33,763 nucleotides of DNA from Verrucomicrobiales bacterium (GTDB lineage Bacteria; Verrucomicrobiota; Verrucomicrobiia; Verrucomicrobiales; SLCJ01): contig JBJTQJ010000123.1 of NCBI GenBank assembly GCA_046075565.1, positions 1 through 33,763 on the forward strand, read 5' to 3'. The position numbers and the translations under genes are program-made. Below, in pieces: positions 6,782 through 16,856 of this stretch. Each line of letters starts with the position of its first letter. The first letter of the stretch is position 1. The notes beneath the pieces were generated by a model. It saw only the letters and a program-made list of their open reading frames with translations, did no database searches and was not told where the DNA came from.

Positions 6782-8782
6782 TCAATGCTTGGTTGTGGGT
6801 GTGTCTGCCGACGGCCATTCGCCGGTGCGCCGGAAAAAGGCGATTAGTTCCTCCACGTTCTCGCGACCCTTGAAATAACGAAGGTCGTCTGGCGCGACCC
6901 ATCCCAACCGTTTGCTATGCTCGTAGGCTTCAAGGGAGAGTTTCAACCAACGGGTTGCTGCCTCGGTATCTCCCATTTGCCAGGCCTCGATGGCGCGATC
7001 ACGCCGCGCCTCACCCCATTTCATCCAAGCGCGGTAGTAGAATTCACGGTGTTTCCCGCGCTCCGCTGCGATCGCAAAGTCCTCATCCGCCTTCGCATAG
7101 CGCCCCATCTTCTGGAAAAGCGACGCCCGCTCAAGCCGTGCGTCCAGACTCTCGGGGAATGCCTCCAGCGCCTTGTTGAACCAATCAAGCGCCTTCTCGC
7201 GCAAGGCCAAGGCCTTCTCGGCTTCCGACACGTCCGCAACCGCCAGAGCGAATCCGCCGGCGTGGTAGAAGAACGGATACCGCGGAACCAAACGCGCCTG
7301 CTCCTCAGCGATCTCCAGATACTTGTCAGGTTGGATTTGGTCTTTACTGTAGGCCGAGAAGGCGAGATAGGATCGGGCGGTGGCGAGGCCGTAATTAAAT
7401 CCCGGAAAAATCAGATAAACCGAACAGGCGATCACGGGCAGGGAACCGAGCCACCGAGCGAATCCCGCCGGACCAGGCTTTTCATCCGCCGACTGGTTAC
7501 GGATGGAAGAAAGCCCTCCCAGCATGAGGCCGAGCAGCACTACCATAGGCGCGAAATGGCCGCTGAAGCTGAATGCCACGTCGCCGAGGAACGCGACTCC
7601 AGCCCCCAGACAACCGAGACACCAGGCGAGTTTTGCGCGGCCATCCCGACTTTGATCCCGACGAGCCAACACTGCCGCCCTCGAGAAAGCATGGACCAAG
7701 GCGGCGCCCACCAGAGCGAGAACAACGAGCAAACCCAAGAAGCCATAGTCAGCCAGAACTTGAACATATTCGCTGTGGGCGTATTCGGGATCTTTGTCCA
7801 TGTCTTGGAAGCCCGATTCCCAGAACTCGAAACTGCGGTAGCTAAAGGTCCGGCTTCCAGTGCCGGTCAGAGGTGATTCAAGAAACTGGGAAAGCCCGGT
7901 TTTCCAATACAACTGTCGGTTTCCGGTTTCGCTGAACAATGTCCGCACCTCTCCTGACTCGGTGCGCATGGCGGCCAACCTGGGCAGCCATTCCGAAATA
8001 CCCCAGCCGAGCCCCCCCATGAGAACAAAAATACCAATCGCGGCCGCTCCCTTCTTCCAGCCCGGTGCCCGCCACCGGGCGACCACCACGAGAGTGGCGA
8101 CAAACAAGGTTGCCACCCCCAGTCCCGCGCCGACCAGTGATGCCCGGCAGAAAGACAGTAGCACTCCGAGTCCGGCCGCCAACATTCCGATACCCGCCCA
8201 GGAACGCCCGACAAAAGAACCACCACGAAAAAAGAAACTGCCCGCTGCCAAGAGCAGAAGCATGACACTCCATGTCCCGAAAGGATTCGGGTGGAAAAAG
8301 AATCCGCTCGCGCGCGCTTCTTCAAGCGGACGATACAACCCGAAAGACGAAAGGATGGTGAATCTGGGGTAACCTGTGACATGGAGAAGGCCAATCACGG
8401 TCCCGGCAACAGCCAGCACCCATAACCACGGCTCAAGCCAACGCACCCGGCCCGAGAACCAGGTCATGCCGAACCCGGCGCCGAATCCCGCGATGAGGAA
8501 CAAATCCATATCGGCCAAATGAGGAGTCGGAGAAAAAAACGCACGCCCAGCCAGATAAGCAATAGCGGCAAACACCGTCCACGGAAGAAAGCCCGCCCGA
8601 GGCATTGTGCCCGCTTTGGCGGCTCCAATCACAGCGAGGATCAGCCCTGCCCCGCAAAGTGGCAACCCCAGCATGTGAAACGGAATGTCGGGAGCGGTTC
8701 CGATAAGGCAGACCATGAGGAAACCGAAGAGAAACAACCCCTTGCTGAGTATGTCGAGGAATTTCATGAAATTGGAAGTCAT
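6782..8782 (-). CDS. O-antigen ligase (Wzy_C/WaaL)-family membrane protein with TPR-like C-terminus
   Basis: Many hydrophobic segments; RASGFFFHPNPFG, LSFCRAS, PLTGTGSRTF, YAHSEYVQVLADYGFLG; helical TPR-like tail. Confidence 0.85.
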   Translation of the reverse strand: MTSNFMKFLDILSKGLFLFGFLMVCLIGTAPDIPFHMLGLPLCGAGLILAVIGAAKAGTMPRAGFLPWTVFAAIAYLAGRAFFSPTPHLADMDLFLIAGFGAGFGMTWFSGRVRWLEPWLWVLAVAGTVIGLLHVTGYPRFTILSSFGLYRPLEEARASGFFFHPNPFGTWSVMLLLLAAGSFFFRGGSFVGRSWAGIGMLAAGLGVLLSFCRASLVGAGLGVATLFVATLVVVARWRAPGWKKGAAAIGIFVLMGGLGWGISEWLPRLAAMRTESGEVRTLFSETGNRQLYWKTGLSQFLESPLTGTGSRTFSYRSFEFWESGFQDMDKDPEYAHSEYVQVLADYGFLGLLVVLALVGAALVHAFSRAAVLARRDQSRDGRAKLAWCLGCLGAGVAFLGDVAFSFSGHFAPMVVLLGLMLGGLSSIRNQSADEKPGPAGFARWLGSLPVIACSVYLIFPGFNYGLATARSYLAFSAYSKDQIQPDKYLEIAEEQARLVPRYPFFYHAGGFALAVADVSEAEKALALREKALDWFNKALEAFPESLDARLERASLFQKMGRYAKADEDFAIAAERGKHREFYYRAWMKWGEARRDRAIEAWQMGDTEAATRWLKLSLEAYEHSKRLGWVAPDDLRYFKGRENVEELIAFFRRTGEWPSADTPTTKH

Positions 8783-8801
8783 AGGGGCATGAGGGTCTGT
8801 T

Positions 8802-9746
8802 TCAGGGTGCCCATGGTGCGCTCAAACGACCGAGGTGATTGGCAAACGCGTGGGTTGCTGCCAACCACAGGATACCAAGCCGACGAAAAGGTTTCCGATC
8901 ATGGCGGAAGATACAGAACATGGTGATGAAGAGCACCGCGAGGGTGGAAATGATTCCTTGTCGTTTTGTCCTCCAGATACGATTCCTTGCCAGATAATAC
9001 AACTTCCAGTCGGCGACATTTGGATCCCAGAAAAACGATTTGCCCGCGATTCTCAATTCGCGCAACCCTACCGGGCCAGGGTGCGTGAGTCTGGCCGCCG
9101 GAACGAAGAGAAAACGGGCGCCCGCTTTCTGCAGCCGATCCGAATACTCGTCATCTTCACCGCGAATGAAGAGTTCACCGGGAACGGGTCCCGCTTTCGC
9201 GATGAGACTCCTGCCAACGAGCGTCCCGGTCCACACGGGAACCGAAATATGCCTGTCCCCTGCCGGCAAGAGATCCATCCTTCGAAAAATCGCCTTCTTC
9301 CCGCCTTGAATCAGGGCGACAGGCCAGGAAAGATCGCGGCGGATCGGGTCAATCTGCAAGGGATGAGGGATATCGTCCGGGAATTCCCGCGCTGCGCACA
9401 GGATCTCCAACGCGGCGGGCTCGGGCCATGAATCATCGTCGAGAATCCAACACGCCTCGCAACCATGCTGGAGAGCGATCGCCATGGCTTCTTCGACCCC
9501 GCCGGCGTTTCCCCGGTTGGTCGCCATGGGATGCAGGACCAGCTGAAAGGGCAACGGTTCCAAGGCCCTCAGCCCTTCCATCGTGCCGTCTGCGGGATCA
9601 TTACAGGCCACGACCAGCATGGATGGGAGCATGGTCTGCCCGGCCAGTGCCTTCGCGCAAGCCGCTGCCGTTTCTGGCCGTCCCATTGTGGCAAAAATCC
9701 CGGCAACGGATAGTGTGTCATTCACGCTTGTCGGTGTAACCTTCAT
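8802..9746 (-). CDS. GT2 glycosyltransferase (GlfT1/rhamnosyltransferase-like)
   Basis: NRGNAGG, WILDDDSWP, LFIRGEDDEYSDRL, YYLARN. Start set at the ATGA overlap with the upstream stop (9743-9746). Confidence 0.85.
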   Translation of the reverse strand: MKVTPTSVNDTLSVAGIFATMGRPETAAACAKALAGQTMLPSMLVVACNDPADGTMEGLRALEPLPFQLVLHPMATNRGNAGGVEEAMAIALQHGCEACWILDDDSWPEPAALEILCAAREFPDDIPHPLQIDPIRRDLSWPVALIQGGKKAIFRRMDLLPAGDRHISVPVWTGTLVGRSLIAKAGPVPGELFIRGEDDEYSDRLQKAGARFLFVPAARLTHPGPVGLRELRIAGKSFFWDPNVADWKLYYLARNRIWRTKRQGIISTLAVLFITMFCIFRHDRKPFRRLGILWLAATHAFANHLGRLSAPWAP

Positions 9747-10459
9747 ACCCCGCGCATTTTCTCCCAGGCTCGAGTCAGAACCGCCCACGCAACCGCCGGT
9801 AGTCCCCATCGTTGCATTCGTCGCACATGTCGGAACTGCCGTGTTTTTTGCGCGATTGCATGCGCGCCAACCGTGTAATTCGCATGATAAATCACCATTG
9901 GCACGCGCGGTGGCCAGCCATGTGTGCGCGCCACAAATTCAACCGGCAAATAACCCCAGCTTATCGTGTTTGCTTCCATCAACATCTCGTTGATTACCGC
10001 CTGCTCGTTCTTTTCTCTCTCCGCATCTAGCCTGCTTGCAACTTCCCGGAAAAAACCGGCGGTGAGCGGACCACAATGCATCAGGATGAATCCGGTGTTG
10101 ACCTCCCCGGGAGCGCGGGTCTCGCGTTGGAAGAAGATGCGGTTTTTCCCGGCCACTGCAACTACGGCCTCCACTTCCCGCTTAACAGCCGCCGACATCA
10201 GGATATCCACGTCGGACCAGACGATCCACTCGCCGGGATTCTCCTCGATCGAGCGTGCCACTCGATCCATTTTTGCGCGGATGCAGCGCAGGAACTCCTC
10301 ACTAAGAAAATCGCCCGCTCCGGATATTGGCAACAGCTCGGCTACTACCTCAATGCCCGCGGGCATCGATGGCAAAAACCAATCCCGATATAGCACTTCA
10401 TGGGCAGGCGTGTAGACACAGTGGATCTTCAGCTGACTCGCCATCTTCTCTCGTTCCAT
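9743..10459 (-). CDS. Nucleotide-diphospho-sugar transferase (GT-A fold, GT77-like)
   Basis: VWSDVDI (DxD), EVNTGFILM, NEQAVIN, YHANY. Start is ATG 10459 or 10444; the track start at 10687 overlaps the upstream gene. Confidence 0.75.
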   Translation of the reverse strand: MEREKMASQLKIHCVYTPAHEVLYRDWFLPSMPAGIEVVAELLPISGAGDFLSEEFLRCIRAKMDRVARSIEENPGEWIVWSDVDILMSAAVKREVEAVVAVAGKNRIFFQRETRAPGEVNTGFILMHCGPLTAGFFREVASRLDAEREKNEQAVINEMLMEANTISWGYLPVEFVARTHGWPPRVPMVIYHANYTVGAHAIAQKTRQFRHVRRMQRWGLPAVAWAVLTRAWEKMRGV

Positions 10460-10583
10460 TTTCAGGTTATGAACGGGTCTGACGGGATTTTGATCAGGCA
10501 ATTCAGAAGCCCCCCCCAACCCTGCCGATGGCATGGAGAAACGAGGGCACGCCAGGCTTTGCGGAGAGGCTCCGGCAGCGTTC

Positions 10584-11426
10584 TTACCAGTGATCTCCTT
10601 CCAGTCTTCCGGGCCGGGGAGAAAGATACTTGCGAACCACCTTCCAACTCCTTGCCACCAGATAGAGCAAGCCGTCCGACAGACCATTCAAATAGGGATC
10701 TTCCGAAGGAGTGAACCCGTGAATCCGACGAATCGCCCGGCTCTCCGCATGCTGGTGCTCTGCGGCGATGGCATGATCCATGTTTACTGGCTTGCCAGCG
10801 AGGCGGATGGATTGATTCTTTCCGTGCCACCGGAAATCGGCGAGCACCATGGGAAGGTAATGGAACGTCAATCCAACCGATGAAAGGCGCGCGTAAAATT
10901 CTCCATCCATGACGTAATGGAAATCTTCCCTCAAACGATGTCCAGCATCCAACACGGTTGACCTACGCAAGAAGCAAGCCGTTGAAGGAATATAGCAACA
11001 GTGGTGGACCGAGACAAATCGCGACCATGGCAAAATTCGCACGGTCTTCAGACGTGCGCCATCCGGTCCGACAAAGTCAAAAGCGCCGTAGACAAGATCC
11101 GCTTTGTCCATGGCGGCAAGGGCTTCCTTTGCCGCCCGCAACGCCCCTGGCTTCAGCCGATCATCGGAGTTCAGCCACATGACCCAGTCTCCGCGGGCCA
11201 GATCAAATCCCTTGTTTATGGCATCTGAAATCCCATGGTCTTCGCCAGCCAGAACACGGACGTTTGGAAATTTACCGGCTATAGCCAGACTGTCGTCATC
11301 CGACCCGCCGTCCACGAGAATATGCTCGACTGCCACCCCCTCTTGGCACGCCACACTTTCCAAGCATTCGAGCAGGTATCTTCCTCCGTTGAGGTTTGGC
11401 GTTATAATCGTAAAATCCGGTTTCAT
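10584..11426 (-). CDS. GT2 glycosyltransferase (WcaE/WfgS-like)
   Basis: FTIITPNLN, VDGGSDD, DAINKG, WLNSDD, YVMDGEF. ATGA overlap at 11423-11426. Confidence 0.9.
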   Translation of the reverse strand: MKPDFTIITPNLNGGRYLLECLESVACQEGVAVEHILVDGGSDDDSLAIAGKFPNVRVLAGEDHGISDAINKGFDLARGDWVMWLNSDDRLKPGALRAAKEALAAMDKADLVYGAFDFVGPDGARLKTVRILPWSRFVSVHHCCYIPSTACFLRRSTVLDAGHRLREDFHYVMDGEFYARLSSVGLTFHYLPMVLADFRWHGKNQSIRLAGKPVNMDHAIAAEHQHAESRAIRRIHGFTPSEDPYLNGLSDGLLYLVARSWKVVRKYLSPRPGRLEGDHW

Positions 11427-12634
11427 ACAATCTCCTTTTTGTCTCGCGGCAGCTGATTGGCGGCGAGTGAGAGTATCTTCTCCGCCACACGAGTGGAATG
11501 GAGACGGAGAGTCCAGATTCCTGATATTCGGACCGGATCGCGAAGCCCATTTCTCCACGCCTCCAATTCGGAAATCAATGCGTTAGCGTGTCCGCTTACG
11601 GAATCCTCTCCGGCGAGCCTTCCACAATTCTCCCCGCAGAACCAGGGAAATGAGGTCAGGGTGGGAAGATCGGCAGCAACAATCGAACACCCGGAACATA
11701 GTGCCTCCCCACTCGCAATGTGGAAGCTTTCGAAGGCCGAGGGGCAATAGAGTGTCTTTGTCGAACGCATGATCGCCGCTATTTGTTCCGGGAGCAAGCG
11801 GCCATGGAGCCTAGTCCGTGCTTTGTGGTCTTCTGCCAGGCAGCCGTGCCAAGCGGAAAGTTTTTCGCTTGGTTCGCCCGCAATATCGAACCGCACGGCG
11901 GGTTCGGCAGCAAGGACTCGCTCCACGACTTTCATGAGAAGAGATGTCCGCTTTTGTCGTTCATCTTTCCATCGGCCAATCGCGAGAATGGCATCGTCAC
12001 GCCCCCCACCCTTCTCCACGCGGAAGGCTTCGCAAACGGAGTGTGGCACAACCGCGACCCTATCCGCCAATTCTCCTCCTCCGTAGGTCCGGCACAAGCG
12101 TTTATAGTAATCTGCTGCAACAGGCGACACCGCCGCAATTACGTCCCCGCTGTTCAAGTGAGCGCGTCGCATGGGATCGGTTCTTGCAAGTCCATAGGTC
12201 AGCCCCTTCAGGATCCACCAAGCAAACCTCAGCCATCCTCCGGCAACACGCCCCGCACCCGAGGAGATCCAACGGTCCTTCAACCACAAGGAAGGACCGT
12301 TCAGCGGACTTACCACACCATTGCTGTCCTGGTTGAGAACCAGGAAAATCCCGGCCGCACGGATGGCCGCGGCCACTTTCCGGTATCGAGGATGGCCCCA
12401 TGCATAAAGGACGACACCATCCGCCCGACATGCCTTCCACCAACCGGCGTCTTCAAGCGAAGAATAGGGAACCCGGAGCAGCTCCGGTAAATCGCCCGGC
12501 TGAGCTGGCCCCGGCATTACTGCCGTAGACTCCACCCCAAGATCCCTGAACCCCCGACTCAACAAACCGGAATCACGGGAGAAAAAATCCTCCCCACCGG
12601 AAAAGGAAACAGGCGTGCAGGTCAGCCAACGCAT
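11423..12634 (-). CDS. GT4 glycosyltransferase
   Basis: LAIGRW..RQKR, PSAFESFHIASGEALCSG (Ex7E). TGATG overlap at 12632-12636. Confidence 0.85.
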   Translation of the reverse strand: MRWLTCTPVSFSGGEDFFSRDSGLLSRGFRDLGVESTAVMPGPAQPGDLPELLRVPYSSLEDAGWWKACRADGVVLYAWGHPRYRKVAAAIRAAGIFLVLNQDSNGVVSPLNGPSLWLKDRWISSGAGRVAGGWLRFAWWILKGLTYGLARTDPMRRAHLNSGDVIAAVSPVAADYYKRLCRTYGGGELADRVAVVPHSVCEAFRVEKGGGRDDAILAIGRWKDERQKRTSLLMKVVERVLAAEPAVRFDIAGEPSEKLSAWHGCLAEDHKARTRLHGRLLPEQIAAIMRSTKTLYCPSAFESFHIASGEALCSGCSIVAADLPTLTSFPWFCGENCGRLAGEDSVSGHANALISELEAWRNGLRDPVRISGIWTLRLHSTRVAEKILSLAANQLPRDKKEIV

Positions 12635-13404
12635 CAAGTTGTTGATTTGGTGAATATGAGGTTCGCGTTCGCGGCCCACCGCCGGCATCTCTCCGATCGT
12701 TGGAAAAGCATGTGGTCGAACCAGTGGCACATTTTTGTAATCCACTTCAGCCTTCTGGGAAAGCCCTTCGTGAAATACCCGAAGAGATTGAAAACCCTGA
12801 CTTCACAGTGGGTGAAGTCTTCATTGAAAAACCTGAACTGAGAGAGATACAGATTACTTTCGTCACCAAACTCATGGCGCGCCATCCTAACCGCCCTTAT
12901 GGCAGCCACCAACCAGTTATGGCCCATCGGCTCGAAGATGAAAACCAGTTTTCCCCCCGGTTTCAAAATGCGCGAGATTTGCCGCGATAAACCCCTCAAG
13001 TCGTGTGAAAGGTGGTGCAGAGCCGCCTGCCCGAAAACGACATCAAAACTGTTTTCCGGATAAGAGGAAAGATCAAACGCGTTACCGGCAACATATTCGA
13101 GATTTGAAAGGGTTTTTGCCGCCTCGACGGAAACCGGCGTCGTCGGAATATAAAGATCAAGTCCAATAATCGTTGCTAGGGGACAAACGCGGGCCAAAGC
13201 GGCCGCTTGGGTTCCACCCCCTCCACATATCTCCAGAATTCGGGCACCTCGCGCCCCGGCTTCACAAAGCACTTCATACCCGGAAAGAAATATCGGGTGA
13301 TCGTTGGGATGGGCACCCTGCAATGATTCCAGCATCGCCGTGCAGATATCGGAACGACCAATGCCCGTTTCGTCAGCCGTAACATGGATAGAAAATTCAG
13401 GCAT
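12634..13404 (-). CDS. Class I SAM-dependent methyltransferase
   Basis: ILEICGGGG, NSFDVVFGQAALHH, ILKPGG. Confidence 0.88.
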   Translation of the reverse strand: MPEFSIHVTADETGIGRSDICTAMLESLQGAHPNDHPIFLSGYEVLCEAGARGARILEICGGGGTQAAALARVCPLATIIGLDLYIPTTPVSVEAAKTLSNLEYVAGNAFDLSSYPENSFDVVFGQAALHHLSHDLRGLSRQISRILKPGGKLVFIFEPMGHNWLVAAIRAVRMARHEFGDESNLYLSQFRFFNEDFTHCEVRVFNLFGYFTKGFPRRLKWITKMCHWFDHMLFQRSERCRRWAANANLIFTKSTT

Positions 13405-13530
13405 GGGCGGTCATTCGTATCTTCGCAGCGGGAACTTATATCTTGGCTGCTGGAGCGGAGGAGTTTCCAAGCATTTTTGGCGGGGGGGCATCGGATTGTC
13501 GTCAAAAAGACATGCTCGTGGAGACCACCA

Positions 13531-14430
13531 CTACTCGGCATCGCAGATTTTCGATTCCCACTGAATCAGACAATTGGCACATAGTTTGTCGCTTGGTCCG
13601 AGGAGCGGGGATTCACGGACCAACTTCGCGTCAAGACCGGCCTTACGCAGTTCTCCCAGCAATTCCTCGTCAGTTCTGCCCCCGATACTTCCAGAGAAAT
13701 GCCCCGCATTGCTTAGAATCAAGCCCTTGTCCGCCAAGCGGGCGAAATCCCTGATGTAGTCATTTTGAAGGTCACGATTCATTTCCGTCAGGGCATAATT
13801 GGAAACAAAGCAGTACTGGGCATCCGATTTCGGCGAGTCAGACAAATTCCCGCCCAAACCAAGTTCTGCCATCTGGATAGCCGCAGCTTTCCTCACTGCA
13901 GGCAAGTCAACATGCACGGAAAAAATCCCCGTGATAGCTGCCAGCATTGCACTCAGTCCTCCAAACCCAACCCCGATTTCAATCACCTTGCCACCTCTCG
14001 TGGTAAATCCATTCTTTTCCAACCAGATTGCGTGCGCAAGGTAGCGCAAGGAGGTCGGGCTCCATGGCTTGCTTGTTCCCAAAACCCAAGCCGGAACCTG
14101 GATCGGATTGCCCCAATCATTCGCACGGCGAGCCAGCGGATTCTCCAGCGCATCAGGCCGGACATTGGCAATCCAGTTTGCAAAATGAAGCCCGTCAGAT
14201 GGACCCAAAGTCTCGACAACCTGCCGCACAAAGCGGCTTCGCCGGAAATTCTTGCTCGACCATCTTCCAGCCGCCAAGGCGGAACAAGCAGCTGGCCAGT
14301 CCATCGCGGCTGATATGCTGGCTGCTGGATATTCATTCTGCTCTATCGGTGGCACTTGCTTATGATCGAGGACTGCCGTGACTTCGCACCACACGCGATC
14401 CATGATCTTCTCATGAAATGGACGTTTCAT
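13531..14430 (-). CDS. Putative sugar O-methyltransferase
   Basis: VIEIGVGFGGL, VDLP, FVSNYALTEM. Start at the ATGA overlap 14427-14430. Confidence 0.65.
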   Translation of the reverse strand: MKRPFHEKIMDRVWCEVTAVLDHKQVPPIEQNEYPAASISAAMDWPAACSALAAGRWSSKNFRRSRFVRQVVETLGPSDGLHFANWIANVRPDALENPLARRANDWGNPIQVPAWVLGTSKPWSPTSLRYLAHAIWLEKNGFTTRGGKVIEIGVGFGGLSAMLAAITGIFSVHVDLPAVRKAAAIQMAELGLGGNLSDSPKSDAQYCFVSNYALTEMNRDLQNDYIRDFARLADKGLILSNAGHFSGSIGGRTDEELLGELRKAGLDAKLVRESPLLGPSDKLCANCLIQWESKICDAE

Positions 14431-16856
14431 TCTCTGATGGGCTTGAGCTTTGCCCGTGCAGTGATTTTTTGGGAGCGAAAGACGACGAGCGAGAGGACCA
14501 GGATTCCGCAAGAAATAGCGCTCACCAACCAACCAGCCCTCCGTAAGGGAGGATCATACACCATGTCCACGGTTCTGGCTTCGCTGGAAGGGCCAAGCTC
14601 CAGCACCATGGATTTGTCTGCCGCCCGCGTAGGTTCCATCCAGCCTCCCGAACCTATCCTGTATTTCCACCCGGCGGCGGCATTTTCCGCAATGCGGATA
14701 CTGCAGATCCCCTGTGGAACATGGAGAAGACGTTTGTTTTCGAGCAAGAGGGACTCCTCCACTTCGACGCCTCGGAATGCCCCTCCATTCTGAAATGCCA
14801 GTTGGGCATCCGTATCCGTAAATCCCGCATAACGCGGGACGGCCTTCGGATTCCTGTAGAGATCCATGCTCCCGCCGGACCATATTTTTTCCCACGGCCG
14901 GGGAACCCCCTGATTGCCATGCCAGGTAATGAGGTGAGTCACGCCAACTCGGCCAAGTCTGGTGGCATTATCCTGGGTTTCGAACGGCTTCATCATGCCG
15001 TCAGGGATAATGCTGTCATAGCCGTGCACAGAAGCCACTTCGTAAACTGCCAGTAAATTTGGCACAAACGGAGTCAGCGCAAGGTGGGCCTCTGGATGGA
15101 TCATTGTTGTTGTTCGGCCTCCCTTTCCCACATGCTCACGCAGTGCGGCCGACTCGGGGGTTTCGGCGAAGAGGGGCAAATCACTCCAGACTATCCACCG
15201 CGAAGCGAATATTGAAACATCCCCTAAGGCAGCTAGACCCACGGCGATGGACCCGATTCTGCGTCTGATGGTTGATGATGAAGCCATCATCCACAATCCG
15301 GCCAGCGCCAGACCGAAGAATGCCAAAGGCAATGCGTGGTTCATCGACCAGATGGCCAGACCGTCGATGAATCGATCCACACGCAGTCCCACCCATGTCT
15401 GATAATATCCGAATGAACCTCCACCGCCGTATGCAGACTGAATTTTGCTCCGCAATCCCGCGTTGATTTGGGGAAGTTGTAGCAATGCGCTTACCGCAAG
15501 CCACAGCGGGCAAATCACAGCGGCGCACTTGGCTATCCGCCGAAAGAGCCGTTTGATCTCGGTCCCATCTGCATGGCTCATGAAATGCGCAAATCCCAGT
15601 ATCCCCCCGAGAATGAAGAGAAGCAGCAATCGTTGATACAAAAGACGAACCAACGGCGTGAGAGGTAGCAGGAGACCAATTGCCATCAGCAGTTTCGCGA
15701 GAAGTGGAGTTGATGGAAGCCGACAGGAAGCGATGGCAACCACCATGGGAATGGTGCCGAAGAAAGCGACATAGAACAATTCGCTCTTGAACAGCTTTAG
15801 AACATCCAGCGAGTCGCACCGCCCGAGAAGAGATGGAAAAATCTGGAACGGATATGACAGAGCGTTCAGGACAGGCTGGAGCGTCCCTGCCGGATACCAG
15901 CCCGGAGCGTGCCCATAAGTGCCAATGTGCAAGCCAAGACGGTTGCTTTCGATGAATGCCCCGATGCAGGGAACGAACATGAACCCAGCCAGCCCAACAC
16001 CAAGGACGCCAAGAAAAAGATACCTGGGGAGAGAATCTCCTCGGCCAGCAAATTCGGCTTTGTTATCTTCGGGAAGCGAGCGGGCCGACGGGCTCAACCA
16101 GGAAATGCGCGAAACACCCGGCAACGTGGCCAGCCAGGCAACAATCCTTGCACGAAATTTTGTCGCCTGCTCCAACCAAACTGTCAAAACGACAATAGCC
16201 ACCAGCGCGGAATGCTGGAGGGTGCCACCCAAAAATGCCAGGGCGAGGAAAATGGGAACGGTCAGATTGCTCGAGCGCTTCCCCTGATTCGAACGATCCA
16301 ACGACCAAAACACCCAAGGAACCCAGCAAAACGAACCCAAGGCCCAACGGTGATAAACCCAGGTGACAAATTGCGAATTGGCAGCCCATAGAAGAGCGCC
16401 AACGACTGCCCACGTTGGGGAACAATCTCGTCCGCGCAGGAAAAAATACATCCCGAATGCTGCGACGAACACCTGACCGAGGATGCCGATATGCCAAGCG
16501 GTCTTGAAATCAAACCACCGGTGTAGTTGCATCGTCCAGTCATCGTATAACGCCATGGTGTTGGCATACTGGGCGGTTCCCCCGTAAGTCAGAGAACTCC
16601 AACCCACCCTGCCCTCACGTTGGAGATCACGTTCCGCTATCAACCGATACACGAGATATTGATCCACACCGTCCGAGACGAAATGATTTTTCGTATATCC
16701 CGCATTACTACCAGAGGCCCAGGGACTCATCATTTGGTTCTGCAAGTCCAAAGGAGCAAGAAAGCGTCCCGCTGCCCACCACGGCGAAAACCACGCCATG
16801 ACCACGACAATGATGACCAGATGGGCCATCGTCAATCTACGGGTGCTCAGGGTCAT
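14427..16856 (-). CDS. YfhO-like polytopic membrane protein (probable GT-C glycosyltransferase)
   Basis: About 810 codons with many TM segments. N-terminal loop DGVDQY...WSSLTYGG, FGMYFFLR, VHGYDS, and a C-terminal AAAGW...VDMVYDP followed by a final TM. ATGA overlap at 16853-16856. Confidence 0.7.
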   Translation of the reverse strand: MTLSTRRLTMAHLVIIVVVMAWFSPWWAAGRFLAPLDLQNQMMSPWASGSNAGYTKNHFVSDGVDQYLVYRLIAERDLQREGRVGWSSLTYGGTAQYANTMALYDDWTMQLHRWFDFKTAWHIGILGQVFVAAFGMYFFLRGRDCSPTWAVVGALLWAANSQFVTWVYHRWALGSFCWVPWVFWSLDRSNQGKRSSNLTVPIFLALAFLGGTLQHSALVAIVVLTVWLEQATKFRARIVAWLATLPGVSRISWLSPSARSLPEDNKAEFAGRGDSLPRYLFLGVLGVGLAGFMFVPCIGAFIESNRLGLHIGTYGHAPGWYPAGTLQPVLNALSYPFQIFPSLLGRCDSLDVLKLFKSELFYVAFFGTIPMVVAIASCRLPSTPLLAKLLMAIGLLLPLTPLVRLLYQRLLLLFILGGILGFAHFMSHADGTEIKRLFRRIAKCAAVICPLWLAVSALLQLPQINAGLRSKIQSAYGGGGSFGYYQTWVGLRVDRFIDGLAIWSMNHALPLAFFGLALAGLWMMASSSTIRRRIGSIAVGLAALGDVSIFASRWIVWSDLPLFAETPESAALREHVGKGGRTTTMIHPEAHLALTPFVPNLLAVYEVASVHGYDSIIPDGMMKPFETQDNATRLGRVGVTHLITWHGNQGVPRPWEKIWSGGSMDLYRNPKAVPRYAGFTDTDAQLAFQNGGAFRGVEVEESLLLENKRLLHVPQGICSIRIAENAAAGWKYRIGSGGWMEPTRAADKSMVLELGPSSEARTVDMVYDPPLRRAGWLVSAISCGILVLSLVVFRSQKITARAKLKPIRE

